NCBI GenBank assembly: GCA_039714075.1
Contig: JBDLKA010000062.1
Location: 1-20,829 of the forward strand
Length of the DNA stretch: 20,829 nucleotides
Source: Candidatus Krumholzibacteriota bacterium
Lineage (GTDB): Bacteria > Krumholzibacteriota > Krumholzibacteriia > LZORAL124-64-63
Reading direction: 5' to 3'
Numbering within the stretch: the first letter of the stretch is position 1; each line of letters opens with the position of its first letter. The notes beneath the pieces were generated by a model that had not been told where the DNA came from, ran no database searches, and worked only from the letters and a program-made list of their open reading frames with translations. Shown here in pieces: positions 7,537 through 16,073 of the stretch. A program made the position numbers and the translations under genes.

Positions 7537-10104
7537 ATGAAACCTACCAAGAGAATTTTTCTCGTATTCATCATCACCCTGGGACTGATCAACGTTGCCG
7601 AAGCCCAAACGTGTTTCGACTACAGCGGGAGCATTGTCCATGCTTCGGATTACGCGGTAGCAGATGTTTCCTGCACGGCACGGATGGGTGATTTTTTGCT
7701 GTTTGGAACGGAAACGGGCCAATTCCTTGTGGTAGACATTTCCGACCCGGTCAATCCCACTCCAAAGGGATCTCTCAACCTGGGTGCGGGGGTGAAATAT
7801 ATCCGTGTGTCCGGCGGCCTGGCGTATGTCGCAGCGGGTGTGGCGGGGTTGTCGATCGTTGAAGTGCCGGTAAGCGGCGTCCCTCTAATATTGGGGAGTT
7901 ACGACACGGCGGGTTCGGCCCATGGCGTGGTCGTGGTCGGGACGATGGTCTACGTTGCGGACTATGGCGGGGGATTGGTAATTTTGAACGCGGCTGACCC
8001 GGCAACCCCCGCCTTGGTGGGGACGGTCGCCTCGACCGGCTCCATCGACTCGGTCGAACACATCGATAACTACTTTGTTGTCCGAACATATTACGGCACC
8101 AATCCCCTGGTGGATGGAGTCCAGGTCTATGATCTGAGTGATCCCCTGGCTGCGGTCGTTACCGATGAGGTGTTGGGATATAATTACGATGTAAATTACA
8201 ATTGGTCATATAGAGGGATACATGCCATCGGATCGGACCTCTACATCACATCGGCATCTTCTTACAAAGCCGGAGGCGGCCCTTTTGACCCTACATGCTA
8301 TAACAAGGGAGTCAGCCACAAGGCTATCAGCCCGGAGGGCCTCTTCGTCAGCCTTAACGGGATGTCGTTCCCAACCGACGTTTACACTTCCAAGCCGTGC
8401 CTTCTGGGAGGAGACGGCGGAGTCCTGGCGGTTGATCGGATTGGGGAGGTCATACTGTTCGACGCCGATACCATGGTTGAAATCGGCGTGGTGAAGGGGG
8501 TTGTATCCAGCAGTTCGACCCATGTTCGCCCGTTGGTGTCGGGGGACATTTTGGTCAGGGCAATTGGAGATCCTCTCGGTATCCACCAACTCGGCCCCAC
8601 ATTCGGTGACGTCTTGCTTCAGCGCACGGATATTCCCAGCAACGCCTTTGAAAGGGAAGGCGTCTCCGTTATGGCAGGAGACGGTCTTGTGGTTAGCGGT
8701 GTTTATGTTCAAAACCCTGATGACTTCGATCCGGGGGGGTTTTATTTTAAGGTCTATTCAGTGAACGGCAGTGGCCTTGTTGATTTTGATTGGAGCTGGA
8801 GCATCCCTAGTTATGGTCCTGGCGAATTTATGGTGGCAGGCTTCACGCCAACGGCCGTACTTCTCAATAGTACCGGTGCCCTGTACGTCATTGACTTTTC
8901 CAGCCACGGGATTGTGGCTGGTCCATTCGGTCACGATGCCCTGGCAACTGCCGGTAATCTGGTATTTATCGCCAATACGGTGGGTGCCGAGCCCCTGCTC
9001 CAGATCCACGATCTGACGGACCCGACCGCTCCGCTGCTGCTGTCCACACTGCCGGTGGCGGACAATTGCCGGGGTATCGCCGTCGACGGTACGATGGTCC
9101 ACCTTTGGTACGATTCTCCCCAGGTCACGGTGGTGGATGTTTCGGATCTTTCGGCCCCGGCGCTTGTGGGTCAGGCCGTCTATCCCCACGTGCCCTTGCA
9201 ATTGGTTTTCGATGGCGGATTCAGCTACACGATTTGGGACGTGAGCGGGACGCGGGAATTAGCCGTTCTGGATTCCGGTTCTCCTCTGTCACCGGTCATT
9301 CTGGGTTCGATTGAAATCCCGAACGACTGCACCCGGGTGGCGCCGCGGGATAATCTTGTATATCTGGGCTCGAACTCTCTCGGTGTCACCGTGGTGGACG
9401 TCACATCTCCGGCGGTCCCGGAAATCGAGGGAAGTTACCTGCCGGGCCTCACCACCGCCTTGGCCGTATCGGACGATATTATTGTCGCTTCCTACAACCG
9501 CGGCCTGTCGGTGCTGGCCCCATCCTGTTCCGGGGTGGTTTCCGGGGTGTTTCCAGCGCTGCTGTCCTTTTTCGATATCACGACCCGGGAAGGCCGGGTC
9601 ACGATCACCTGGGGAATCAGTGAATACGTGGAGGATGGAGAATTCCGTCTCACGGCCCAAAGCGATGGCCGAACCTGGGAGGTCCCCGTCAAGCGCGCGA
9701 GCAGCGGGTTCAGCGCCAGCGATGAAATCACCGCGACCGGCGATGTCACCTACCTGTTGCAGATGCTCACTCCGGACGGTTGGGACACGCTGGCCGACGA
9801 GACCGTTTCCTTGAGTATGCCGACCCCGGTGTTGACTCTGGAAAAACCCTGGCCGAATCCCTTCAACCCCTTGGTCAAGATCGCGTTTTCCCTCCGGGAT
9901 CAAGGTCTTGCCAAACTCGCGGTGTATGATCTCAAGGGCCGTTGTGTGGCTGTCTTGATCGACGCCGAACTCCACTCGGGTCCCCACGCGACCGAGTGGT
10001 CGGGCACCGATTCGGCCGGCCGAAAGGTCCCCGCGGGTACTTACGCCATCAGGCTCACGACTGCCGCCGGCGTGCGGGTCGAGAAGGTCACCTTGCTAAA
10101 ATAG
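7537..10104 (+). CDS. Secreted degenerate LVIVD-repeat beta-propeller protein with extra beta-sandwich and C-terminal FlgD-Ig/T9SS-like domain
   Basis: GGAG RBS before ATG 7537. Signal peptide MKPTKRIFLVFIITLGLINVAEA. Repeats such as VVDISDPVNP, YVADYGGGLVIL and VVDVSDLSAP. C-terminus PWPNPFNP..AVYDLKGRCV..WSGTD..GTYAIRL..EKVTLLK. Confidence 0.9.
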   Translation: MKPTKRIFLVFIITLGLINVAEAQTCFDYSGSIVHASDYAVADVSCTARMGDFLLFGTETGQFLVVDISDPVNPTPKGSLNLGAGVKYIRVSGGLAYVAAGVAGLSIVEVPVSGVPLILGSYDTAGSAHGVVVVGTMVYVADYGGGLVILNAADPATPALVGTVASTGSIDSVEHIDNYFVVRTYYGTNPLVDGVQVYDLSDPLAAVVTDEVLGYNYDVNYNWSYRGIHAIGSDLYITSASSYKAGGGPFDPTCYNKGVSHKAISPEGLFVSLNGMSFPTDVYTSKPCLLGGDGGVLAVDRIGEVILFDADTMVEIGVVKGVVSSSSTHVRPLVSGDILVRAIGDPLGIHQLGPTFGDVLLQRTDIPSNAFEREGVSVMAGDGLVVSGVYVQNPDDFDPGGFYFKVYSVNGSGLVDFDWSWSIPSYGPGEFMVAGFTPTAVLLNSTGALYVIDFSSHGIVAGPFGHDALATAGNLVFIANTVGAEPLLQIHDLTDPTAPLLLSTLPVADNCRGIAVDGTMVHLWYDSPQVTVVDVSDLSAPALVGQAVYPHVPLQLVFDGGFSYTIWDVSGTRELAVLDSGSPLSPVILGSIEIPNDCTRVAPRDNLVYLGSNSLGVTVVDVTSPAVPEIEGSYLPGLTTALAVSDDIIVASYNRGLSVLAPSCSGVVSGVFPALLSFFDITTREGRVTITWGISEYVEDGEFRLTAQSDGRTWEVPVKRASSGFSASDEITATGDVTYLLQMLTPDGWDTLADETVSLSMPTPVLTLEKPWPNPFNPLVKIAFSLRDQGLAKLAVYDLKGRCVAVLIDAELHSGPHATEWSGTDSAGRKVPAGTYAIRLTTAAGVRVEKVTLLK

Positions 10105-10129
10105 AAGGAGTTGCTGGACAGGTGTTTCG

Positions 10130-11719
10130 CTAGTCCATCCAGGGCAGGTCCGCCAGAAACGCGGCCGGGCTCCCGTCTTCAGGCTTCAGCAGAAAATACC
10201 CCCACCTCTCGCCGGGCAAATACCGCTCATCCGGCCCGGGTGGACGCCGCCGGGTGATCACCAGCGTCAAGGGGTGGACATCCATGTCCGGCCTCATTTC
10301 CTCGCCGCACAGGAACACATAATCAACGGGAACGGTGGGTCGAACCCCATCCCGGCGGAAACGAAGCGCCAGGGTCGGAAGGGCGTTCCACACTCCGCTT
10401 TTTTCGGTGGCTTTATCCACGAAAAGATGGATTTCGCGCACATCTTCCAGATGGAAGTGGGTCACGATGTCCCGGTGGTGATCAACCGGCAGCGGGGGAT
10501 CGCTGGTATGGAAAAACATCCAGGGCAGGAAGAACAGCACCCCGGCCAGGATTACCACGTGTACGGAGTTTTCTTTCAGACGGGGCGAAAGGCGGTGCGT
10601 GATCCAGCGGTCGAAAACCTCCTTGGCCACGAACAACTGCAACAGACCCACCAGCCCGTACAGGTAGTAGAACAGGTATGTATGCAGGTTACCGGGAACG
10701 AAGCGGGCGGTAACCACGGTGGCGGCCAGAACAACCCAGGTGAACAGGATGACCATCCGCCAGGGATGGTCCGAGCGCCGCATCTGCACGATCGACACGG
10801 CCAGCAGGAAAACCAGAACGAACAGGACGATGAAAGGAGAGTGGAGCTTCCACCCCGTCCAGGAACCCAGCACGACCAGCGGGTCGGTCAGCGCCAGGCC
10901 CAGCTTGTGAATCACCTCGGACCAGGGGTGGAGTTCGGGACCGTGGGTACTGAAGTACCGCCAAAGGAGGGTGAGGTTGCCCGGGTCGTTCTTCGCCTGT
11001 TCGACCACCGGCGGCAGAATGGCCAGAACCAGGAGAACCAGGGAAACAGCCAACAAAGCCCACCGGCGGGTTCCGGTGGGAGACCACTCGATCCGGCGCC
11101 TCCCCATACCCACCAGGATCGCCGCCGTCACCACGGCCGCCCACAGCGCAGTGGAAGAGGGAAGGTGATTGTGGATCGCCAGGGTGGCCGCCAGAACGGA
11201 CACCGGAAGCCAGGTCAGGTCCCCGTCGGTCAGACGTGAAGCCGACGCCACGAAAAGGACCACCGGAAATGCCGCCAGCACGGGACCCCACACGTTGGCC
11301 ATCATGAGAACGGAACCGCCGCCCAACCAGACCATCTGACCCGCCAGCAGGAAACCTCCGGCCGCGACCAGGGGAGGTTCCAGGCCGGATTTCCTCAACA
11401 GGCGCAGAATCCCCGCCAGGCACAACAGGTTCAGACCGAACTGGGCCAACATGTACCGGGCCAGGATCGAAGGCAGGAACCCGAGCAGGGTCTGGGCCAG
11501 CGCGAAATAATAGAAACTGACCGGGCCGGGATGGTGAAATCGGTGCTGGGAATACGGCCCCAGAAGTTCGTGGAATTCCCGGGCGCGTTCGACCTGGAGG
11601 GCATTGGCCGCCAGGTCTCCCTGCTCCTGAAGGTTGGGGGAAAGCCAGAAGGGAAGGTCAAAAAAGACAACGGAGGCCACCAGCAGTACGAGGGCCAACC
11701 GGGATAACATGCACATCAT
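10130..11719 (-). CDS. Polytopic membrane protein, probable GT-C (ArnT/PMT-like) glycosyltransferase
   Basis: About 10-12 hydrophobic segments. First loop GDLAANALQV..LLGPYS..HHPGPVSFYY resembles the GT-C external loop 1. Soluble C-terminal domain. Start could be 11719, 11716 or 11710. Confidence 0.65.
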   Translation of the reverse strand: MMCMLSRLALVLLVASVVFFDLPFWLSPNLQEQGDLAANALQVERAREFHELLGPYSQHRFHHPGPVSFYYFALAQTLLGFLPSILARYMLAQFGLNLLCLAGILRLLRKSGLEPPLVAAGGFLLAGQMVWLGGGSVLMMANVWGPVLAAFPVVLFVASASRLTDGDLTWLPVSVLAATLAIHNHLPSSTALWAAVVTAAILVGMGRRRIEWSPTGTRRWALLAVSLVLLVLAILPPVVEQAKNDPGNLTLLWRYFSTHGPELHPWSEVIHKLGLALTDPLVVLGSWTGWKLHSPFIVLFVLVFLLAVSIVQMRRSDHPWRMVILFTWVVLAATVVTARFVPGNLHTYLFYYLYGLVGLLQLFVAKEVFDRWITHRLSPRLKENSVHVVILAGVLFFLPWMFFHTSDPPLPVDHHRDIVTHFHLEDVREIHLFVDKATEKSGVWNALPTLALRFRRDGVRPTVPVDYVFLCGEEMRPDMDVHPLTLVITRRRPPGPDERYLPGERWGYFLLKPEDGSPAAFLADLPWMD

Positions 11720-11853
11720 GGACGGAGGTTATCACCGGTCCTGTTGGGTCACAACTTCTTTGGGCCGAACCAACCCTTCGGTTTTTGCTGACGTCCCGCC
11801 CCCCCGCCCGTATCATGGACCCATAGAAACCTTACCTGAAAAAGGGGTCCGTC

Positions 11854-12849
11854 ATGTCCGAGTATCCCCCAAGCAAAAATTCCGGCAACCGCGCCCTGCC
11901 GCCCCATCCGGGCCTGGACCTGGTCCGCGCCACCGAAGCGGCGGCCCTGGCCGCCGGACGCTTCATGGGCCTGGCCGACCGCCACGGAGCCGACCACGCC
12001 GCGCAGGACGCCATGGCCGCGGCCCTGGATCTGCTGCCCATGAAGGGCCATATCATCTGCGGCGAAGAGGGTCGCCACGGCGGCCACTCCCCTCTGGACA
12101 GCCAGAGCAAGGTGGGCACGGGCAAGGGACCGGAACTGGATGTCGAGGTGAACGCCATCGACGGCGCCGGCCTGGTGGCCGACGGGAAATCGGGTGCCCT
12201 TTCCGTGGCCGCGTTCGCGCCGCCGGGAGCCCTGTGGCGGCCCGGACCCGCCGTGTACATGGACAAGCTGGTCGTCGATCGCGAAGTGGCCGAATCCATC
12301 GGTCCCGAGGTCCTGGACGCCCCGCCGGGCTGGACCCTGGCCACGGTGGCCCGCTCCAAGGGCAAGGACGTCAACGACGTGGTGGTGTTCATCGTGGACC
12401 GCCCCCGTCACAAGCAACTGATCCATGACGTGCGCCAGGCGGGAGCACGCGTGTTTCTGCGGACCGGGGGGGACGTTGCCGGGGCCCTGCTGGCGGCGGA
12501 CGTCACTGCTCCGGTCGATCTGATGATGGGCATCGGCGGCGCGGCCGAAGGCCTGATGGCCGCCTGTGCGGTCAAGGCCCTGGGCGGCGCCATGCTGGGC
12601 CGGATCACGCCCCAGTCGCAGAACGAACGCCAGGCCTGCCTGGACGGGAGCGTGGACCTGGAGCAGGTCCACTCCTGCGAGGACATGGTCCAGGGCGATG
12701 AAGTCTATTTCTCGGCCACCGGCATCACCGACGGCCTTCTTTTGCACGGCGTCCGGTATCACGGCGACTATGTGGATACCCATTCCATGGTGCTTCGTTA
12801 CGAGACGGGCACGCGGAGAATCATCAAAACGGAACACCGGGTGAAGTGA
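11854..12849 (+). CDS. glpX: Class II fructose-1,6-bisphosphatase (GlpX) family protein with degenerate active site
   Basis: LVRATEAAAL, YMDKL, DRPRH, GDVAG, GIGGAAEG and SATGITDG motifs are present. The canonical VDP(I/L)(D/E)GT reads VNAIDGA here. Confidence 0.9.
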   Translation: MSEYPPSKNSGNRALPPHPGLDLVRATEAAALAAGRFMGLADRHGADHAAQDAMAAALDLLPMKGHIICGEEGRHGGHSPLDSQSKVGTGKGPELDVEVNAIDGAGLVADGKSGALSVAAFAPPGALWRPGPAVYMDKLVVDREVAESIGPEVLDAPPGWTLATVARSKGKDVNDVVVFIVDRPRHKQLIHDVRQAGARVFLRTGGDVAGALLAADVTAPVDLMMGIGGAAEGLMAACAVKALGGAMLGRITPQSQNERQACLDGSVDLEQVHSCEDMVQGDEVYFSATGITDGLLLHGVRYHGDYVDTHSMVLRYETGTRRIIKTEHRVK

Positions 12850-14996
12850 GCGAAAGCAAGACAACCTTCGTAAAGGAACTGCGCCGCTGGGCGGCCGAGG
12901 AATCGGTCTTCTTCATGCGTCCGGCCCAGGTGCTGAAAAGGTACGCGGGCGACAACCTGCGTCCCGATCTGATGGCCGGCCTGACGGTGGCCGTGGTGCT
13001 GCTGCCCCAGGCCATCGCCTACGCCATGATCGCGGAACTGCCGCCCCAGATGGGTCTTTATGCGGCCATCGTGGGGGCCATGGTCGGTGCGCTGTGGGGA
13101 TGTTCCCGCCACCTTCACACCGGACCCACCAACGCCTCCAGCCTGTTGGTGCTGGCCTCCCTGTTGTCGGTGGCCACTCCGGGCAGCGCCCAGTTTTTGG
13201 TGGCCGCGGGCTACATGTCGATCATCGTCGGCGTCCTGAAGCTGGTGATGGGCCTGCTGCGCTGGGGCGTGCTGGTGAACTTCGTGGCCGACAGCGTCAT
13301 TCTCGGCTTCACCGCGGGCGCGGGCATCCTGATCAGCTTCAACCAGCTGCGCCACCTGCTGCGGCTGGACATCGCCAGCAACCCCAAGCTCGGCGAAACC
13401 CTCAAGGACCTGGCGATCCATGTGGACCACACCCACCTGATCAGCCTGGGGCTGGGGGTCGGCGCCATCCTGGTGATCGTTCTCTGCCGGCGGATCCGGC
13501 CTTCCCTGCCCGCGGCCCTGATCGCCATGGTCGTCACCGCCGCCGCCACGGCCATCTTCCGGCTGGATCAACACGGCGTTCTGGTGCTCGGCGCGGTGCC
13601 GCGGTCGCTGCCTCCGCTGGCCGACCTGCCGATCCTGGATTTCAACCTGATCTGGAAGCTGACGCCCGGCGCCGTGGCCGTGACCGCCATCGGTCTGGTG
13701 GAAGCGGTGGCCATCGCGCGCAGCGTTGCCGCCCAAAGCGGCCAGCGGCTGGACAGCAACCAGGAGTTCGTGGGCCAGGGCCTGGCGAGTATCGCAACCG
13801 GGTTCCTGTCGGGCTACCCGGTGTCCGGATCGTTCACCCGCACGACCGTGAATTACGCGTCCGGCGGACAAACCCAGCTGGCGAGCGTGTTTTCCGGCAT
13901 GTGGGTGATGCTGGCCGTGCTGCTGCTGGCTCCGCTGGCGATCTACCTGCCGCGCGCGGCTTTGGCGGGGGTGCTGCTGGTGACGGCCTGGGGCATGGTC
14001 GACCGGGGGGAGATGCGGCGCATCCTTCGTTCCAGCAAGGGCGACTCCTCCATTTTGATCGCCACCCTGGCGGCCACCATCCTGTTGCCCCTGGAGTTCG
14101 CGGTGCTGGCGGGCATGCTGGTTTCCTTCGCGCGCTACCTGATCAAGAGCTCGACGCCGGGTGTGCACTCGGTGGTGCCGGACGAGAACTTCCGCCACTT
14201 CATCCGGGCCAAGGACGCCACGGTGTGTCCCCAGCTCGGCGTGATCGAGATCGAGGGCTCGCTTTATTTCGGGGCCGTCCATCACGTGGAGGAAGCCCTG
14301 CGGGCCAACCAGGACGCCCACCCCAGCCAGCAATACCTGCTGCTGCGGATGCACATGGTCGATCACTGCGACGTCAGCGGCATCCACATGCTCGAAAGCG
14401 TGGTCAAGCGGTACCGCAAGCGCGGGGGTGACGTATTCATCGAGGGCATCCGGCCGATGGCCAGGCACATGGTCGGACTGTACGGTTTCGACAGGATGAT
14501 AGGCGCCGAAAACATTCTGGACATCGACAACGCGATCAGCCACCTCTTCCACAAGGTGCTGCACCCGGGGTTCTGCATCTATTCGTGCAAGGAGCGGGTG
14601 TTCGGCGAGTGCCAGGCCCTGCCCAAGTACACCGACCAGCCGCAGCTTCCGGGCGTGGCCGAAATCATGCCCCACGTCATCGAGGAACTGGCGCCCAGCC
14701 AGGTGAAAACAATGATGGAGGACGAGTCCAGCGGCGTGGTCGTGATCGACGTGGGCGAGCCGGCGGAATATCGCAACTGGCACATCGACCGTTCGTTCTC
14801 CCTGCCGCTGCGCCGCCTGTCGTCCGAGGGTGTCGGACTGCCCAAGGAAAGCCCGGTGATCTTCGTCAGCCGGATCGGCCGGCGCGGGGCCCTGGCCGTG
14901 CACATCATGCAGGATCTGGGTTATACCGATACCTTCAATCTGAAGGGCGGCATGCTGGCCTGGGAGGCGGCGGGGTATCCGATCGCGGTGGAGTAG
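12846..14996 (+). CDS. SulP/SLC26 anion transporter with STAS, Cys-rich linker and C-terminal rhodanese-like domain
   Basis: DLMAGLTVAVVLLPQAIAYA, GPT, NQEFVGQGLA and SGSFTRT motifs. STAS: GSLYFGA..DVSGIHML. Linker CIYSCKERVFGEC. Rhodanese: IDVGEPAEY..HI..NLKGGMLAW. The GTG start overlaps the glpX stop (GTGA). Confidence 0.93.
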   Translation: MSESKTTFVKELRRWAAEESVFFMRPAQVLKRYAGDNLRPDLMAGLTVAVVLLPQAIAYAMIAELPPQMGLYAAIVGAMVGALWGCSRHLHTGPTNASSLLVLASLLSVATPGSAQFLVAAGYMSIIVGVLKLVMGLLRWGVLVNFVADSVILGFTAGAGILISFNQLRHLLRLDIASNPKLGETLKDLAIHVDHTHLISLGLGVGAILVIVLCRRIRPSLPAALIAMVVTAAATAIFRLDQHGVLVLGAVPRSLPPLADLPILDFNLIWKLTPGAVAVTAIGLVEAVAIARSVAAQSGQRLDSNQEFVGQGLASIATGFLSGYPVSGSFTRTTVNYASGGQTQLASVFSGMWVMLAVLLLAPLAIYLPRAALAGVLLVTAWGMVDRGEMRRILRSSKGDSSILIATLAATILLPLEFAVLAGMLVSFARYLIKSSTPGVHSVVPDENFRHFIRAKDATVCPQLGVIEIEGSLYFGAVHHVEEALRANQDAHPSQQYLLLRMHMVDHCDVSGIHMLESVVKRYRKRGGDVFIEGIRPMARHMVGLYGFDRMIGAENILDIDNAISHLFHKVLHPGFCIYSCKERVFGECQALPKYTDQPQLPGVAEIMPHVIEELAPSQVKTMMEDESSGVVVIDVGEPAEYRNWHIDRSFSLPLRRLSSEGVGLPKESPVIFVSRIGRRGALAVHIMQDLGYTDTFNLKGGMLAWEAAGYPIAVE

Positions 14997-15013
14997 CCGG
15001 GTCTATTCTTGAA

Positions 15014-16036
15014 TCAAAAGCTGTACCGCGCCCGCGCACCCCAGATGGTCTTATCCGCGGCATACAACGAATTGTCGTAACTCATCTCTCCCCAGTCCAG
15101 CTCCACCGTTACCGGGCCCAGAAGCCGTCCGTCCAGTACGATTCCGAGACCCCAACTTTCAATATCACCGAGGACCTGTGTGCTGTGGCCGAATCGCAGC
15201 GCCAGGGCATCGAGAAAAAGGGCTTCCAGGCCGACATGGTCTGCATCCGAGCGGTAGGTATCACCCAACCGGGAGGTCTGGGCAACGGCCAGCAGGAACT
15301 TGACGATATCTCCCGGGTGGCCGGCCCGGTCAATGGCTGTTTCCACGGTCAAGCCGGTTCGTAAGGGGCGGGGTAACCTGGCCACATAATCATCAAAGGT
15401 GTAGGCCGCGTCGGTCACGTTCTGCCAGGAGACGGCGCCGGTCAGGCCCGTCCAGCCGCCATGATAATCGACGCGCCAACCAAAAGTCGTGCCCAGGTCC
15501 CAGGTGTCGGCATCAGCTTCCATTTCATCGAAGCGGCTCGAATAACCGCGCCAGGCGGCGCCGACCGCCCAATGGAAGGATGGCTTCCCGAACAGGGCCC
15601 GCCCCAGGTCGTAGCTCAACCCGATGGCCGTCATCCGGTCGTGGATTTCAAACGTTTCGCCGGTTCCTTCGGGGTTGTACGCCGTGCGCACGAGTACCGA
15701 CTCGTTGACGAAATCCTGCATCGCGAAGTTCAGGCGCAAGTGGTTCCACCCGGCGGTGCCGGCATAGGTATGGAATTCGAAGCCTCCGATATAGTCCGCG
15801 TGGTCATAGCTCAACCCGACACCGGTTCCGGTGCTCAAGGGAGCGGGGTTGACCAGCAAGGTGGCGGGACTTCTGTCGGCCAGGTCGCTGCCCCCAAGGG
15901 CCGAAAGCCGTCCACCCGTGAATATGCCTTCCCACGAGAAGGTGAACGTGCCGACCTTGGAAAAACCAGCCGCGGCGGCGGGTGAGGCGAGGGCCAAAAT
16001 CAGGCAGACGACAAAGAGACGCAATATGAAGTGCAC
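15014..16036 (-). CDS. PorV/PorQ (UPF0164, FadL-like) outer-membrane beta-barrel
   Basis: AAGGA RBS before GTG 16036. Signal peptide ..ILALASPAAAA. GGRLSALGGSDLA..LLVNPAPL matches the GAR..ALGG..NPA.L family motif. Amphipathic strands and terminal ARYSF (BAM beta-signal). Confidence 0.78.
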   Translation of the reverse strand: MHFILRLFVVCLILALASPAAAAGFSKVGTFTFSWEGIFTGGRLSALGGSDLADRSPATLLVNPAPLSTGTGVGLSYDHADYIGGFEFHTYAGTAGWNHLRLNFAMQDFVNESVLVRTAYNPEGTGETFEIHDRMTAIGLSYDLGRALFGKPSFHWAVGAAWRGYSSRFDEMEADADTWDLGTTFGWRVDYHGGWTGLTGAVSWQNVTDAAYTFDDYVARLPRPLRTGLTVETAIDRAGHPGDIVKFLLAVAQTSRLGDTYRSDADHVGLEALFLDALALRFGHSTQVLGDIESWGLGIVLDGRLLGPVTVELDWGEMSYDNSLYAADKTIWGARARYSF

Positions 16037-16073
16037 GGTATTTCCTTGGTTAAGTGAATAGTAATAATAACGG

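Noticed and set aside
12798..14903. 701-aa minus-strand ORF, and 11749-12864 opposite glpX
   Set aside because: Antisense shadows of SulP and GlpX, as expected in GC-rich coding DNA.
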